From: Actinomycetota bacterium
GTDB taxonomy: Bacteria; Actinomycetota; Actinomycetes; Nanopelagicales; Nanopelagicaceae
Direction: 5' to 3'
NCBI GenBank assembly: GCA_027592195.1
Contig: JAQCKU010000001.1
Span: forward strand, 1-51,339
DNA length: 51,339 bases
In this document: positions 1-8,886 of the stretch, one piece after another
Numbering within the stretch: position 1 is the stretch's first letter
Layout: every line of letters starts with the position of its first letter
Translations under genes and position numbers: made by a program
The notes under the pieces: generated by a model
What the model saw: the letters and a program-made list of their open reading frames with translations, nothing else
The model's database searches: none
Told to the model about the DNA's origin: nothing

Positions 1-955
1 CACCTGCTACCAACTCATGTCCTAGATCGCCGCTACGTAAAACTTTATTAGCTAAATTCATGATCTCTTGAGTTGATCTGTATCCTCTAGATAATCGAAC
101 CACTTGCGCATCTGGATATTTCTTTGAAAAGTTGAGAAGAAAAGTGGGAGTTGCTCCTGAAAATGAATAAATCGTCTGAGCTGGATCTCCAACAACACAG
201 ATATCTTTTCGATTTCCTATCCATAAATCTAAGAGTCTTTGTTGAAGCGGTGAAACATCTTGATACTCATCTACAGTGAAAGTTCGGTACTGCTGTCTAA
301 CTTTAGATCGCACCTCACTCTCTTCTTCCAGCATGCCAATTAAAAGAAGTAAAACATCTTCAAAATCAATTGTTCGTTCCTGCCTTTTTAGTACTTCATA
401 TGATTCATAGATTTTAGCGATATCAGAAAATGAGAGTGAGATAGAGCGGTTACCTGTTTTTGCTGCCTCTACATAATCTTCAGGAGCAATACTGGATGTT
501 TTACTCCATTCAATTTCACCAGCGATCTCTCGCAAAGTGCTATGGCTATTTTTGATTCCACTACCGATTCGAGCTGCTGACTCTTGGATAAAACCTGTTT
601 TCGAGGTAAGAAGTTGTGGAAATCTTCCACCCATAAGATCTGGCCAGAAATAGATCAGTTGACGTAGGGCAGCGGCATGAAAAGTTCTTGCGCTGACATT
701 TGCAATTCCTAAAGTTCTTAATCGAGAACGCATCTCACCGGCTGCTTTTGCGGTAAAGGTAAGAGCCATAGTCTTCTCTGGATCAAAGGCTCCAATTGCC
801 ACTCCATAGGCGATTCGATGGGTTATCGCCCGTGTTTTTCCGGTCCCTGCCCCAGCGATAACTAAAACTGGTCCTCTAATAGCAGTTGCGACAAGACGTT
901 GCTCTTCATCTAAAGGCTTGAGAAGCTCTTCTGGAGTAGTGATCAATTTCGCCAC
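1..955 (-). CDS. uvrD2: UvrD/Rep-family ATP-dependent DNA helicase, N-terminal ~315 codons only (3' part lies beyond the window start); UvrD2-like by its position directly downstream of nudC
   Basis: Not in the ORF track because there is no stop inside the window. My translation of the minus strand gives ...EEQRLVATAIRGPVLVIAGAGTGKTRAITHRIAY (Walker A), TVDEYQDVSPLQ (motif II) and VVGDPAQTIYSFSGA (motif III). The likely start is GTG at 955-953, 7 nt after GGTGGAG, overlapping the nudC stop (TGA 945-943). TTG at 946 is an alternative. Confidence 0.85.
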   Translation of the reverse strand, partial: MAKLITTPEELLKPLDEEQRLVATAIRGPVLVIAGAGTGKTRAITHRIAYGVAIGAFDPEKTMALTFTAKAAGEMRSRLRTLGIANVSARTFHAAALRQLIYFWPDLMGGRFPQLLTSKTGFIQESAARIGSGIKNSHSTLREIAGEIEWSKTSSIAPEDYVEAAKTGNRSISLSFSDIAKIYESYEVLKRQERTIDFEDVLLLLIGMLEEESEVRSKVRQQYRTFTVDEYQDVSPLQQRLLDLWIGNRKDICVVGDPAQTIYSFSGATPTFLLNFSKKYPDAQVVRLSRGYRSTQEIMNLANKVLRSGDLGHELVAG

Positions 956-1857
956 TGATCTTCTCCACCAAGGGATTCATCACTTTTCTCACTAAACCAA
1001 CGATCAATCATCGCTCGAGCAACGCTAATTTTCGGTGGCAGAATTAATTCACCGCTATCACTCTCAGATTTTAATTGAGCACGAGTCCACCATTTAACTT
1101 CTGTGATCTCCAGACCATCTGCTCGAGCATCCTCTGGATTATCTGCAATAACTTCATAGGCCACCATCACTGAGGCAGGAAATGGCCATGGTTGAGATCC
1201 TAGGTAGCGCAACTCTCTTACTTGAATCCCAGATTCCTCGGCCACCTCACGCAAAACCGCGCTCTCAAATGATTCACCTGGTTCTACAAAGCCAGCAAAA
1301 GCTGAGAAGCGTCTCTCGGGCCAAGTCGCTTGATGACCTAACATAATTCGATCATCTCTATCTCGGATTAAAACGATGATTGCCGGATCAGTTCTTGGAT
1401 GATGCTGGTGGTCCTGGCTACAACTTCTTATTGAGCCACTTTGAATCGGAAAAGTTTCTAGACCACATCGAGAGCAGAAGCGATGGCTGTTATGCCATAA
1501 GGCGAGAGCTTGGCCATGAACGGCGATACCGATCTGCAGAAAAGAGAGTTGAGCTGCAATATCTCGTAGAGATAAAAGCTCTTCAGGATCAAATTGATCT
1601 TGGAGAATAGGGGCGTTAAAGAGAAAGTGTCCTATCTGGCCACTTTCTAGCCCAAGAAAATACAACTCCCCGGCATCGGCCAGAGTTTGAATCTCTGAAT
1701 ATGAGAATTGAGTGAGCGTACCTTTGGTAGTGACCCAACGTTGATCTCGGAATTGATAGTAAATCCCGGCCAACATCAATTCCTCGAGCGCTGATTCATC
1801 GACTCTTAAATGCGCGGCTCGGTCTAAGACCCCCTGCGCAAGTGGCAAATGCAGCAT
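943..1857 (-). CDS. nudC: NADH pyrophosphatase (Nudix hydrolase NudC)
   Basis: Nudix box GFVEPGESFESAVLREVAEESGI. Zinc-ribbon-like CSRCG...SIRSC upstream of it. Sits between uvrD2 and adnB as in mycobacteria. Confidence 0.85.
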   Translation of the reverse strand: MLHLPLAQGVLDRAAHLRVDESALEELMLAGIYYQFRDQRWVTTKGTLTQFSYSEIQTLADAGELYFLGLESGQIGHFLFNAPILQDQFDPEELLSLRDIAAQLSFLQIGIAVHGQALALWHNSHRFCSRCGLETFPIQSGSIRSCSQDHQHHPRTDPAIIVLIRDRDDRIMLGHQATWPERRFSAFAGFVEPGESFESAVLREVAEESGIQVRELRYLGSQPWPFPASVMVAYEVIADNPEDARADGLEITEVKWWTRAQLKSESDSGELILPPKISVARAMIDRWFSEKSDESLGGEDQWRN

Positions 1858-1864
1858 GTCCTCA

Positions 1865-1877
1865 AGCCTACTAACCT
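1865..1877. promoter_or_regulatory. Back-to-back candidate -10 boxes (AGCCTA-c-TAACCT) for divergent leaderless nudC and EEP genes
   Basis: Plus strand: TAACCT (1872-1877), 6 nt, then ATG 1884. Minus strand: TAGGCT (1870-1865), 7 nt, then ATG 1857. The whole spacer is 26 bp. Confidence 0.4.
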
Positions 1878-1883
1878 GATGCC

Positions 1884-2666
1884 ATGTCGAACAATTTACT
1901 TCGCCTCACCTCTTGGAATCTGCTCAATGGACGCTCACTTGTCCATGGGCAAGCGGATCGAAAAGTTCTTGAAACAGCGATGAGAAATTTTTTTGATGAG
2001 TTTCAACCAGATGTACTTGGAATCCAAGAGGTAGATGATGCACAGCAGCGAAGTGGAGACTTTAATCAGAGTGAATTTATTGCAGAGTTGATGGGGGCAG
2101 AGTATTGGAGATATACCCCAACACTTTTTGGAACTCCTGGTGAGAGTTGGAGCGATAAGGGCGAAGATAGCCAGGAAGCAAGTTATGGAATCGGTTTAAT
2201 CTCTCGTATCGAGGTTAAGAAGTGGCATATGAAGAAATTGCATAAAGCCCCTTTTGGTCTACCACTTGCCATTCCAACTGAGAAAGGAATTCGACTTAGA
2301 TATATTCCAGACGAGCCTCGAGTGGTTCTTGCCGCTGAATTAATCGATGGAACTATTATCGCAACTACCCATCTCTCATTTGTTCCAGGATTTAATATCT
2401 TGCAATTAAAAGCAGCTAGTAAATGGTTGAAATCACTCAGATCAAATTCGCGAATAGTTCTTATGGGAGATTTTAATCTACCGTGGGGATTGGCTGAAAA
2501 ATTTTCACCATTTCAATCTTTGACTACAGCTAAAAGTTATCCTTCTTGGTCACCAAAAGTTCAGTTAATTGAGTGTATAGGATCGAAAGATATCTCAGGA
2601 AGCGAGATTAAACATAAGCAAGGTCAAATTAGTGATCATCTTCCAATTTCGGTAGTAATTCAATAA
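1884..2666 (+). CDS. Endonuclease/exonuclease/phosphatase (EEP) family protein
   Basis: N-terminal LTSWNLLNG, GIQEVD (metal-binding Glu), MGDFN and C-terminal SDHLPI motifs typical of the DNase I / AP-endonuclease fold. Confidence 0.8.
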   Translation: MSNNLLRLTSWNLLNGRSLVHGQADRKVLETAMRNFFDEFQPDVLGIQEVDDAQQRSGDFNQSEFIAELMGAEYWRYTPTLFGTPGESWSDKGEDSQEASYGIGLISRIEVKKWHMKKLHKAPFGLPLAIPTEKGIRLRYIPDEPRVVLAAELIDGTIIATTHLSFVPGFNILQLKAASKWLKSLRSNSRIVLMGDFNLPWGLAEKFSPFQSLTTAKSYPSWSPKVQLIECIGSKDISGSEIKHKQGQISDHLPISVVIQ

Positions 2667-5600
2667 TTTCTTCCTCGCTGAGGAAATTGACCCCTCTGAT
2701 CGATTGATTAGAGGGTAGGTAATGAAAGAGGGCCGAGACGCTGTCTAAGGGGATATTCCGTAATTTTGAAAAAGCTAACCGATAAGCAGCTAGTTGTAAG
2801 GTGGCTAGCTCCAGATCACCACCAGATTTAGGTGATCCAGTTTTCCAATCCACAATCTCATATCCTGTTTCATTTTTGTAGACCGCATCAATTCTTCCTC
2901 TGATCAACGTTGTTGAAAGTACAATTTCAAAAGGAACTTCTACATCAAAAACCGGTCTCTTCGCCCATTCTGATTTAAGCCATGCGCTTTGAAACTCTTT
3001 TAACTCCTCATCGGTGATAGAGCCATCAAGTTCAATCTCATCATCACTTAACAATTGGGGTTGCTTGAGATACCGCTCCACCCAGCTATGAAATGCGCTC
3101 CCTCTTCTTGCATACTGATTTGAATAGGACGGCATGGGCCGGCGGATAGCGCGCGCCATTTCATCAGGATCACTTCGTAGCGCTGAAAGGGTAGATACCG
3201 AAAGTCGATCTGGTAGGTAGATGATTTTGGGCTCGCCTCGCTGGCGATTTTCTTTTATTAGAGCGAAAAGATCACGATCTAGTAACTCGATCTCTAGATC
3301 ACTTAAATCTTCAGCCTGGCTAAATAACTCCACTGATTGATTGAAAATCTCTCTTCGCTCTTGTAATGGATCATAGGGCCAGATCGCACTCCGCGGATTT
3401 TCTAGCTCTGGGTTCTCTACAGTTTGATTATCCGGATCAAGTTCAGATCTATGATCAGCTAAGGAAATGGCTAGATTAAAAAGTTCGCTGGCTCCCTCTG
3501 ATTTTGGCCCATCTTTAAATTGCGGATATGAGATAAATAATGAATGGCGAGCTCGTGTAAATGCTACATATCCAAGACGTAACTCTTCAATATAATTTCT
3601 TGATCTACAGGAGCCATCAAAGTTTTCTTTTATCTTGGTGAGATCTGAAAAATCTTGTAAATTTTCAAAATCAAATCCTGGAAGTTGATCTCGGTCTCCG
3701 CGAAGTGAGAATGGAATATGGCCAGAATCTTTTAGCCAATTTTCAACAGCTCTGCCTTCACTCGGAAAGCTTCGCTCTCGCAGGCCCGGTACAGCGACAA
3801 AATCCCACTCCAACCCTTTTGCCCCGTGAATAGTTAAAATCTGTATAACCCCTTTATTGACCTTTACATCACTTTGTTTCAGCCCCCGCTCACTTTTTAG
3901 TGCTTGATCTACCCAGTTGAGAAACTGCGAGAGAGATCCTCCCTGGCTTTGAAATTTACTTACCTCATCAAGAAAACGATTTATATTTCTTGTTCCAGTT
4001 TTTACGCTCTCTCTCACCATGACTTCAATCTCTAAATCTAGAATTTTTATAACTTCTAAAACTATATCGATCAAAGATCCAGATTTAGACCGGGCTTTAG
4101 CTATCAGAGAACTCGCTTTGATTAATCGTGAGAGGCCAACATCTGTAAAATCTTCTTTGGGGGCGGTTGAGATAGCATCGAGCGCCTCGATAATATTTCC
4201 AAAAAAATAACCATCACTTTCAATGATCTCCAGATCGCCTGAGGTGATCTGTTTCATCAGGAAGTTCTTCCCCCCTTGATGAGCTGTTTCTGCAAGGTTC
4301 TTTGCATATTTTGCAAGCGCAGTGATGTCCTTTGCTCCTATAGCAAAGGCAGGTCCTGCCAATATCCGCATTAAGGAAACGCCTCGATCGGTAAAAACTA
4401 TCGACTTTAAAAATGAGAGAATTTCAACAATCTCTGGAAGATGTAGTAGCCCACCAATTCCCACAACCTCTACTGGAAGATTGCGTTCACGAAGATTTCG
4501 CTCCAGCTCCTCAATCTGCGAACGCGATCTGACTAAAATGGCCGCTGTTGAATCAGGGGTTAACTTACTTTGGAAGAAATCAGCAATTCCTAAAGCTTCA
4601 CTTCGCGTGGTCAAGAATTCACCAGCGATGACTTCTCCATCGCTGGCATCAACTCTTGCTCTTAGCCGCTCTACTGCAACATCTTCGCCACGATTTGCGT
4701 TTATAAGATCAATAACTTGATTAGAAAGATCCAGAATTTTCTGATCATTTCGCCAACTAGTTGTAAGAGAAAATCTCTTCTCTCCCCCTTTTTTTACAGG
4801 AAAATACTGGAAAAAAGTATCGAATGTATCTGCGCTAGCTCCACGCCAACCATAGATTGATTGGAAGGGATCTCCTACGGCCATTACCGGGTGCTCTTCA
4901 GTGAAAAGAGATGAGAGTAGACGCAGTTGGCTCTGGGAGGTATCTTGATATTCATCTAAGATAACGACTTTATACTTCCCTTTCTCTAACTCAGAGATAT
5001 CAGGAAAGTCACGAGCTAATTCTGCAGCAAGCCACATCTGATCATCAAAAGTTAACTGGTTATTATCTAGCCTTCTCTTATTAAATTTAGCGACAATAGG
5101 TAATTCGATTAACCTTAGATTTGCTATATCAATAATACTTTGATGAGATTTTGTTAGCCTTCCATTTAATGAACCAATTTTCTCAATCAGATCTTCTGTG
5201 CACTCTCGAACATCTTCAATCTCAACTCCATGTTCTGAAATTAATTTTGCGAGGAGAAGCACATCTTCGGTGATTACCCCTGAGCTCTGCTTAATATCTG
5301 CAGGCATCTCATCAAAGTAGGTAACAATCTCATTAGCCAACTGCCAGGTTGCAGCCTCACCGAGAGGATGAATATCTGATTCGATCCCGCGCCGTAAGCC
5401 ATATTCACCAACAATCCGTGAGGCATAAGAGTGATAGGTAAGGATCGTTGGTTCTCCTAGATGTAGCTCTCTTTTAATGAGGCCAGCTTTCATCAGCTGC
5501 CGTAGCCTGGTTCTAACTCTTATCGCTAACTCACCGGCAGCCTTTCTTGAGAAAGTTAATCCAAGAATTTCATCTGGCCTTGCAAGGCCATTGGCTACCA

Positions 5601-5781
5601 GATAGAGAACGCGCTCAGCCATTGTCTCTGTTTTTCCACTCCCTGCACCTGCAACAACAATTGTTGGAGTGAGATCGGCTCTAATTATTTCAATCTGCTC
5701 TTCAGTAGGAAGATGAATTTTTGAATCTTCTTTTGCCAAAGCTTTGGCAATATGAAGTGGAGTTAGCCTCTCTGCGATCAA
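2629..5781 (-). CDS. adnB: AdnB-like helicase-nuclease subunit (UvrD-like motor plus C-terminal RecB-type nuclease)
   Basis: Walker A VVAGAGSGKTETMAERV; motif II VILDEYQDTSQSQ; C-terminal PD-(D/E)xK block GRIDAVY...YEIVDWKTG...QLAAYRLA. The longest ORF begins at TTG 5844 (67-nt overlap with adnA). I prefer TTG 5781, which overlaps the adnA stop as TTGA and lies 10 nt after GGAAGAG. ATG 5817 is also possible. Confidence 0.8.
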   Translation of the reverse strand: MIAERLTPLHIAKALAKEDSKIHLPTEEQIEIIRADLTPTIVVAGAGSGKTETMAERVLYLVANGLARPDEILGLTFSRKAAGELAIRVRTRLRQLMKAGLIKRELHLGEPTILTYHSYASRIVGEYGLRRGIESDIHPLGEAATWQLANEIVTYFDEMPADIKQSSGVITEDVLLLAKLISEHGVEIEDVRECTEDLIEKIGSLNGRLTKSHQSIIDIANLRLIELPIVAKFNKRRLDNNQLTFDDQMWLAAELARDFPDISELEKGKYKVVILDEYQDTSQSQLRLLSSLFTEEHPVMAVGDPFQSIYGWRGASADTFDTFFQYFPVKKGGEKRFSLTTSWRNDQKILDLSNQVIDLINANRGEDVAVERLRARVDASDGEVIAGEFLTTRSEALGIADFFQSKLTPDSTAAILVRSRSQIEELERNLRERNLPVEVVGIGGLLHLPEIVEILSFLKSIVFTDRGVSLMRILAGPAFAIGAKDITALAKYAKNLAETAHQGGKNFLMKQITSGDLEIIESDGYFFGNIIEALDAISTAPKEDFTDVGLSRLIKASSLIAKARSKSGSLIDIVLEVIKILDLEIEVMVRESVKTGTRNINRFLDEVSKFQSQGGSLSQFLNWVDQALKSERGLKQSDVKVNKGVIQILTIHGAKGLEWDFVAVPGLRERSFPSEGRAVENWLKDSGHIPFSLRGDRDQLPGFDFENLQDFSDLTKIKENFDGSCRSRNYIEELRLGYVAFTRARHSLFISYPQFKDGPKSEGASELFNLAISLADHRSELDPDNQTVENPELENPRSAIWPYDPLQERREIFNQSVELFSQAEDLSDLEIELLDRDLFALIKENRQRGEPKIIYLPDRLSVSTLSALRSDPDEMARAIRRPMPSYSNQYARRGSAFHSWVERYLKQPQLLSDDEIELDGSITDEELKEFQSAWLKSEWAKRPVFDVEVPFEIVLSTTLIRGRIDAVYKNETGYEIVDWKTGSPKSGGDLELATLQLAAYRLAFSKLRNIPLDSVSALFHYLPSNQSIRGVNFLSEEEIIELLPKLEDDH

Positions 5782-8700
5782 TTGCAGACCGCTCTTCCAC
5801 TGTTTTGAGCTGGACATAAAATTCTGACCGAGCACTGTTGGCAACCAGGATTTATTGTTGCTACAAAAATTGGCCCAACCATCAAGGAAGCAGTTTCGAT
5901 TACTTCGGCTTTAATCAAATCCAGGTCAACAATTCCCTGCGAGCGAACTGTTATCGATTGACTATCTGTACCGGGGTAAATCAATTCAGCTCCCCCTAGC
6001 TGCCTGCCGGCAACAATCTCTTCCGCTGCACCTAAAGAAAGCGCCATCTGATACGTTGCCAATTGTTTATTTGCTCCCATAGATTTCTGAGTTTCAACGC
6101 TTTTTCCAGTTTTTAAATCAACGACGATAATTCGATCGCTATCGTCAAGCTCCAGTCGATCAGCGCTACCTCGGATGATTACTTTACCTAGGCTAAGTTC
6201 AAATCCAACTTCAGTTCCTAATAACTCTCGAGGATTACCGCTCTGCCATTGAAAAAATCTCGTTAAAGTTCTCACTGCGCTCGCCAAACCATTCTCATGT
6301 ACCCAACCAAGATTTGAATCGATCAGATGCCAAGTTTTTGCCAATCTACTCATCGCCTCATTAAGTTCCAGCTCACCATCTCCAATGAGTTTTGCATAGG
6401 CATGAAGGGCTGATCCGAGTAAAGCTGCTGAGGCTTGGCCATCTTGTGCGCCAAATTTTTCAAAGAACCAGCGAAGCTGACATTCACTAAATTTTTCAAT
6501 CTCACTCGGTGATAAATAGATAGGTTCATTCTCCGATACCAGCGGGGTTTCACTGCTGGTATCGTGAAAACCTAACCATCTCTCAGGTTTTGCAGCTGCA
6601 AATCCGTTGAGAGAGAGCGCCTTCAAAAGTTTTGCAGCCTTTTTTCGCTCGCTCTCGCTACTTTTTTGATCGCTTAATTGGATTCGCAGCTGAGCAATCT
6701 TTCCATTCGGTGTTAGCGGCGAGCTCTCCTCAATCTTTGAAGGATGAGCCTCCAGCTCATCATAAAAAAATTGTGATGGCTCGTCATCTTCTCGTGATAC
6801 TGCGGTGATAATAAGTTTTTCACTTGAGCGAGATTTAGCTAGGTGAAAGAGACGGCTCTCATCTTCTACCAATGCGCTCATTGCAAGCGCGCTCAATTCT
6901 TTCCTCGCCAGATTTCCATAACGTTGTATATCAACTAATCGCTCACTACCTAGAAGGGATCCACGAGCCTTTAAATTAGGCCAGCTTCCCTCTTGAACCC
7001 CAATAATCGCCACTACCTGGAATTGATATCCTTTTGATGAATGGACCGTTGTCAGCGTGACTTGATCACTCCTATCACCTTTCGGGGCAATAACATCGCC
7101 AAGAATTGTCGCCTCTTTTAATTCGTCGATGAAGAGATCTGGTTTTGAATCTGGAAATCTTTCAACATGACGTCTTGCACCTTCAAATAGTTCAATAACC
7201 GCATCGAGATCACGATCTGCAGAGCCAGATTCATAGTTCGAATGAGAAGAAAGCGCTCTTTCGCGCCAGAGATCTTTTATCAGCATGCCTTCAGAATTTT
7301 TTGCATTGCTCCAGATTTCCCAGAAAATATCGGTGACTGTGGAATTTTTCTGATTAGCAATTTTTCTTACTCTCTTGATTAAATCTACTAAATTCAATAG
7401 CGGTTTAAATTGGATTAAGGAATCAGCTGATGAAGAGATAAGCAAGGGATCTGCTTCTAATAATGAGGTAGCAATGATTTCATTAGTGGGAGTGAGATCA
7501 CCTTCTTCACGATTTTGATTAATAATCAGCCTCAATTGTTTCAGCCTTAGCGGGTCTAGACCGCAAAATTCTGAGAAGAGGAGCTCCTCAATTTCTGAGA
7601 AACTCTCTCTATTTATTTCTTTTCGCCCCAGCGCGATCTCTGCAATCAGCAAAATTGGCTTGATTGCACCGCTATCTGCCAATGTAAAAGTACCTGACTC
7701 TTGATGGATAGGGATTCCAGCTATGGAGAGAGCTCTCCGCAAGGAAGTTAAATGCTCTCCTGGGGATCGAACTATCACCGCCATTTCAGAATATGGAATG
7801 TTATCTCGTAAGTGATCTGAGCGAAATTTTTCAACGATATAGCGGGATTGATCCGCTATTGATGAGTGCTCGCTCACCTCTATCTCTTCACACTTTCGAA
7901 AGGAATTCAATAGGTGATATTTCCAAACTCTCTCGCTTTCTCCTTGGGCAAAATTTGAGAGAAATTGCGGCAAACCTTCAGGGTCTGCTCCTCGAAATCG
8001 CGAAGCTGTACTATCGATATCATAAAAAATTGAAAAAGCTTTTGGATTTATTATTTGTAAAAGTCGCCGGTGAGCAGGATCGCTCTCCTGAAATTCATCG
8101 ATTAAAACAATATCAAATAATTTTTCAACCTGGCTTTGAAGTTCTGGTTTAGTTAAAAGATAATGATGAGCTCGATTTATCAGCTCGCTTGGATCAATCC
8201 GCTCTTTTGGATCAGCCACACCGCTATCTCGTAATACGCCAACTTCTTCATACCTTCTCCAAAATTTCGCCGCAGATTTCCAGAGCTCTTCTTTTTCTTG
8301 GATACCTAAGGTTAATAATTGATCTGGAGTTAGATCCCACTCTTTGGCGCGGGAGATAAGCTCGCGAAGTTCTTTTGCAAAGCCACGAGTTGAGAGAGCT
8401 TGTTGATAAAGATTTGGCCATTGACTTAAATTTTCTTCAAGATCTGTCTTTAACAATTCACGAATTACCTGGTCTTGCTCCGCCCCTGAAAGCAAAATTG
8501 GATCTCGTACTTCGTTATCGAGGGCCATTCGAATAATGGAGAATGCGAGCGCTGGAAAAGTTCTCGCTAAAGGCTCATCTGCAATGGTTTTAGCCCCGAG
8601 CGCTATCTCATCACGGAGATAATCAGCGCGATCTCTACCAAATGTCAGGATCAGAAGGCGATCTGGCTTAAGACCGTTTCCTATTAGCTGGATAGCGCGT

Positions 8701-8867
8701 TGAATTAAAGTCTCAGTTTTGCCACTTCCAGCTATCCCAGAGATAAATATCTTGGCACCAGCAGGTGCGCAGATGATTTCATCTTGTTCTGGCGTGGGCG
8801 CAAAGCTTTTCGTGGAAGTGGCTCGGCGCCGTAGCTCTAAGATCGCCATAGCCTTATCCAACCGCAC
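5778..8867 (-). CDS. adnA: AdnA-like helicase-nuclease subunit (degenerate UvrD-like motor plus C-terminal Fe-S RecB-type nuclease)
   Basis: Walker A ISGIAGSGKTETLIQR; LIDEFQESDPAH; nuclease block GSADRLE...IIVVDLKTGK. Four Cys (FSECQLRW ... PGCQQCSVRILC) are arranged like the AddB iron-staple cluster. Start is GTG 8867 or ATG 8849. Confidence 0.8.
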   Translation of the reverse strand: MRLDKAMAILELRRRATSTKSFAPTPEQDEIICAPAGAKIFISGIAGSGKTETLIQRAIQLIGNGLKPDRLLILTFGRDRADYLRDEIALGAKTIADEPLARTFPALAFSIIRMALDNEVRDPILLSGAEQDQVIRELLKTDLEENLSQWPNLYQQALSTRGFAKELRELISRAKEWDLTPDQLLTLGIQEKEELWKSAAKFWRRYEEVGVLRDSGVADPKERIDPSELINRAHHYLLTKPELQSQVEKLFDIVLIDEFQESDPAHRRLLQIINPKAFSIFYDIDSTASRFRGADPEGLPQFLSNFAQGESERVWKYHLLNSFRKCEEIEVSEHSSIADQSRYIVEKFRSDHLRDNIPYSEMAVIVRSPGEHLTSLRRALSIAGIPIHQESGTFTLADSGAIKPILLIAEIALGRKEINRESFSEIEELLFSEFCGLDPLRLKQLRLIINQNREEGDLTPTNEIIATSLLEADPLLISSSADSLIQFKPLLNLVDLIKRVRKIANQKNSTVTDIFWEIWSNAKNSEGMLIKDLWRERALSSHSNYESGSADRDLDAVIELFEGARRHVERFPDSKPDLFIDELKEATILGDVIAPKGDRSDQVTLTTVHSSKGYQFQVVAIIGVQEGSWPNLKARGSLLGSERLVDIQRYGNLARKELSALAMSALVEDESRLFHLAKSRSSEKLIITAVSREDDEPSQFFYDELEAHPSKIEESSPLTPNGKIAQLRIQLSDQKSSESERKKAAKLLKALSLNGFAAAKPERWLGFHDTSSETPLVSENEPIYLSPSEIEKFSECQLRWFFEKFGAQDGQASAALLGSALHAYAKLIGDGELELNEAMSRLAKTWHLIDSNLGWVHENGLASAVRTLTRFFQWQSGNPRELLGTEVGFELSLGKVIIRGSADRLELDDSDRIIVVDLKTGKSVETQKSMGANKQLATYQMALSLGAAEEIVAGRQLGGAELIYPGTDSQSITVRSQGIVDLDLIKAEVIETASLMVGPIFVATINPGCQQCSVRILCPAQNSGRAVCN

Positions 8868-8886
8868 TAGAGGCAGATCGAGCTGT

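Noticed and set aside
4322-4720. Antisense ORFs inside large genes. Examples are 4322-4720, 7793-8152, 10325-10699, 18490-18939, 29308-30008, 30320-30688, 33540-34188, 42944-43306 and 45635-45991.
   Set aside because: All lie fully within well-supported genes on the opposite strand. They have Ser/Arg/Pro/Thr-rich low-complexity translations typical of antisense frames and no recognisable motifs. They carry no start-site signals.
2629-8867. The two large UvrD-like helicase-nuclease genes as a novel defence system (Gabija- or Hachiman-like).
   Set aside because: Their domain order, the RecB nuclease tails, the Fe-S Cys pattern, the heterodimer-style tandem arrangement and the neighbourhood with nudC/uvrD2 all match the housekeeping AdnAB double-strand-break resection machine of actinobacteria.
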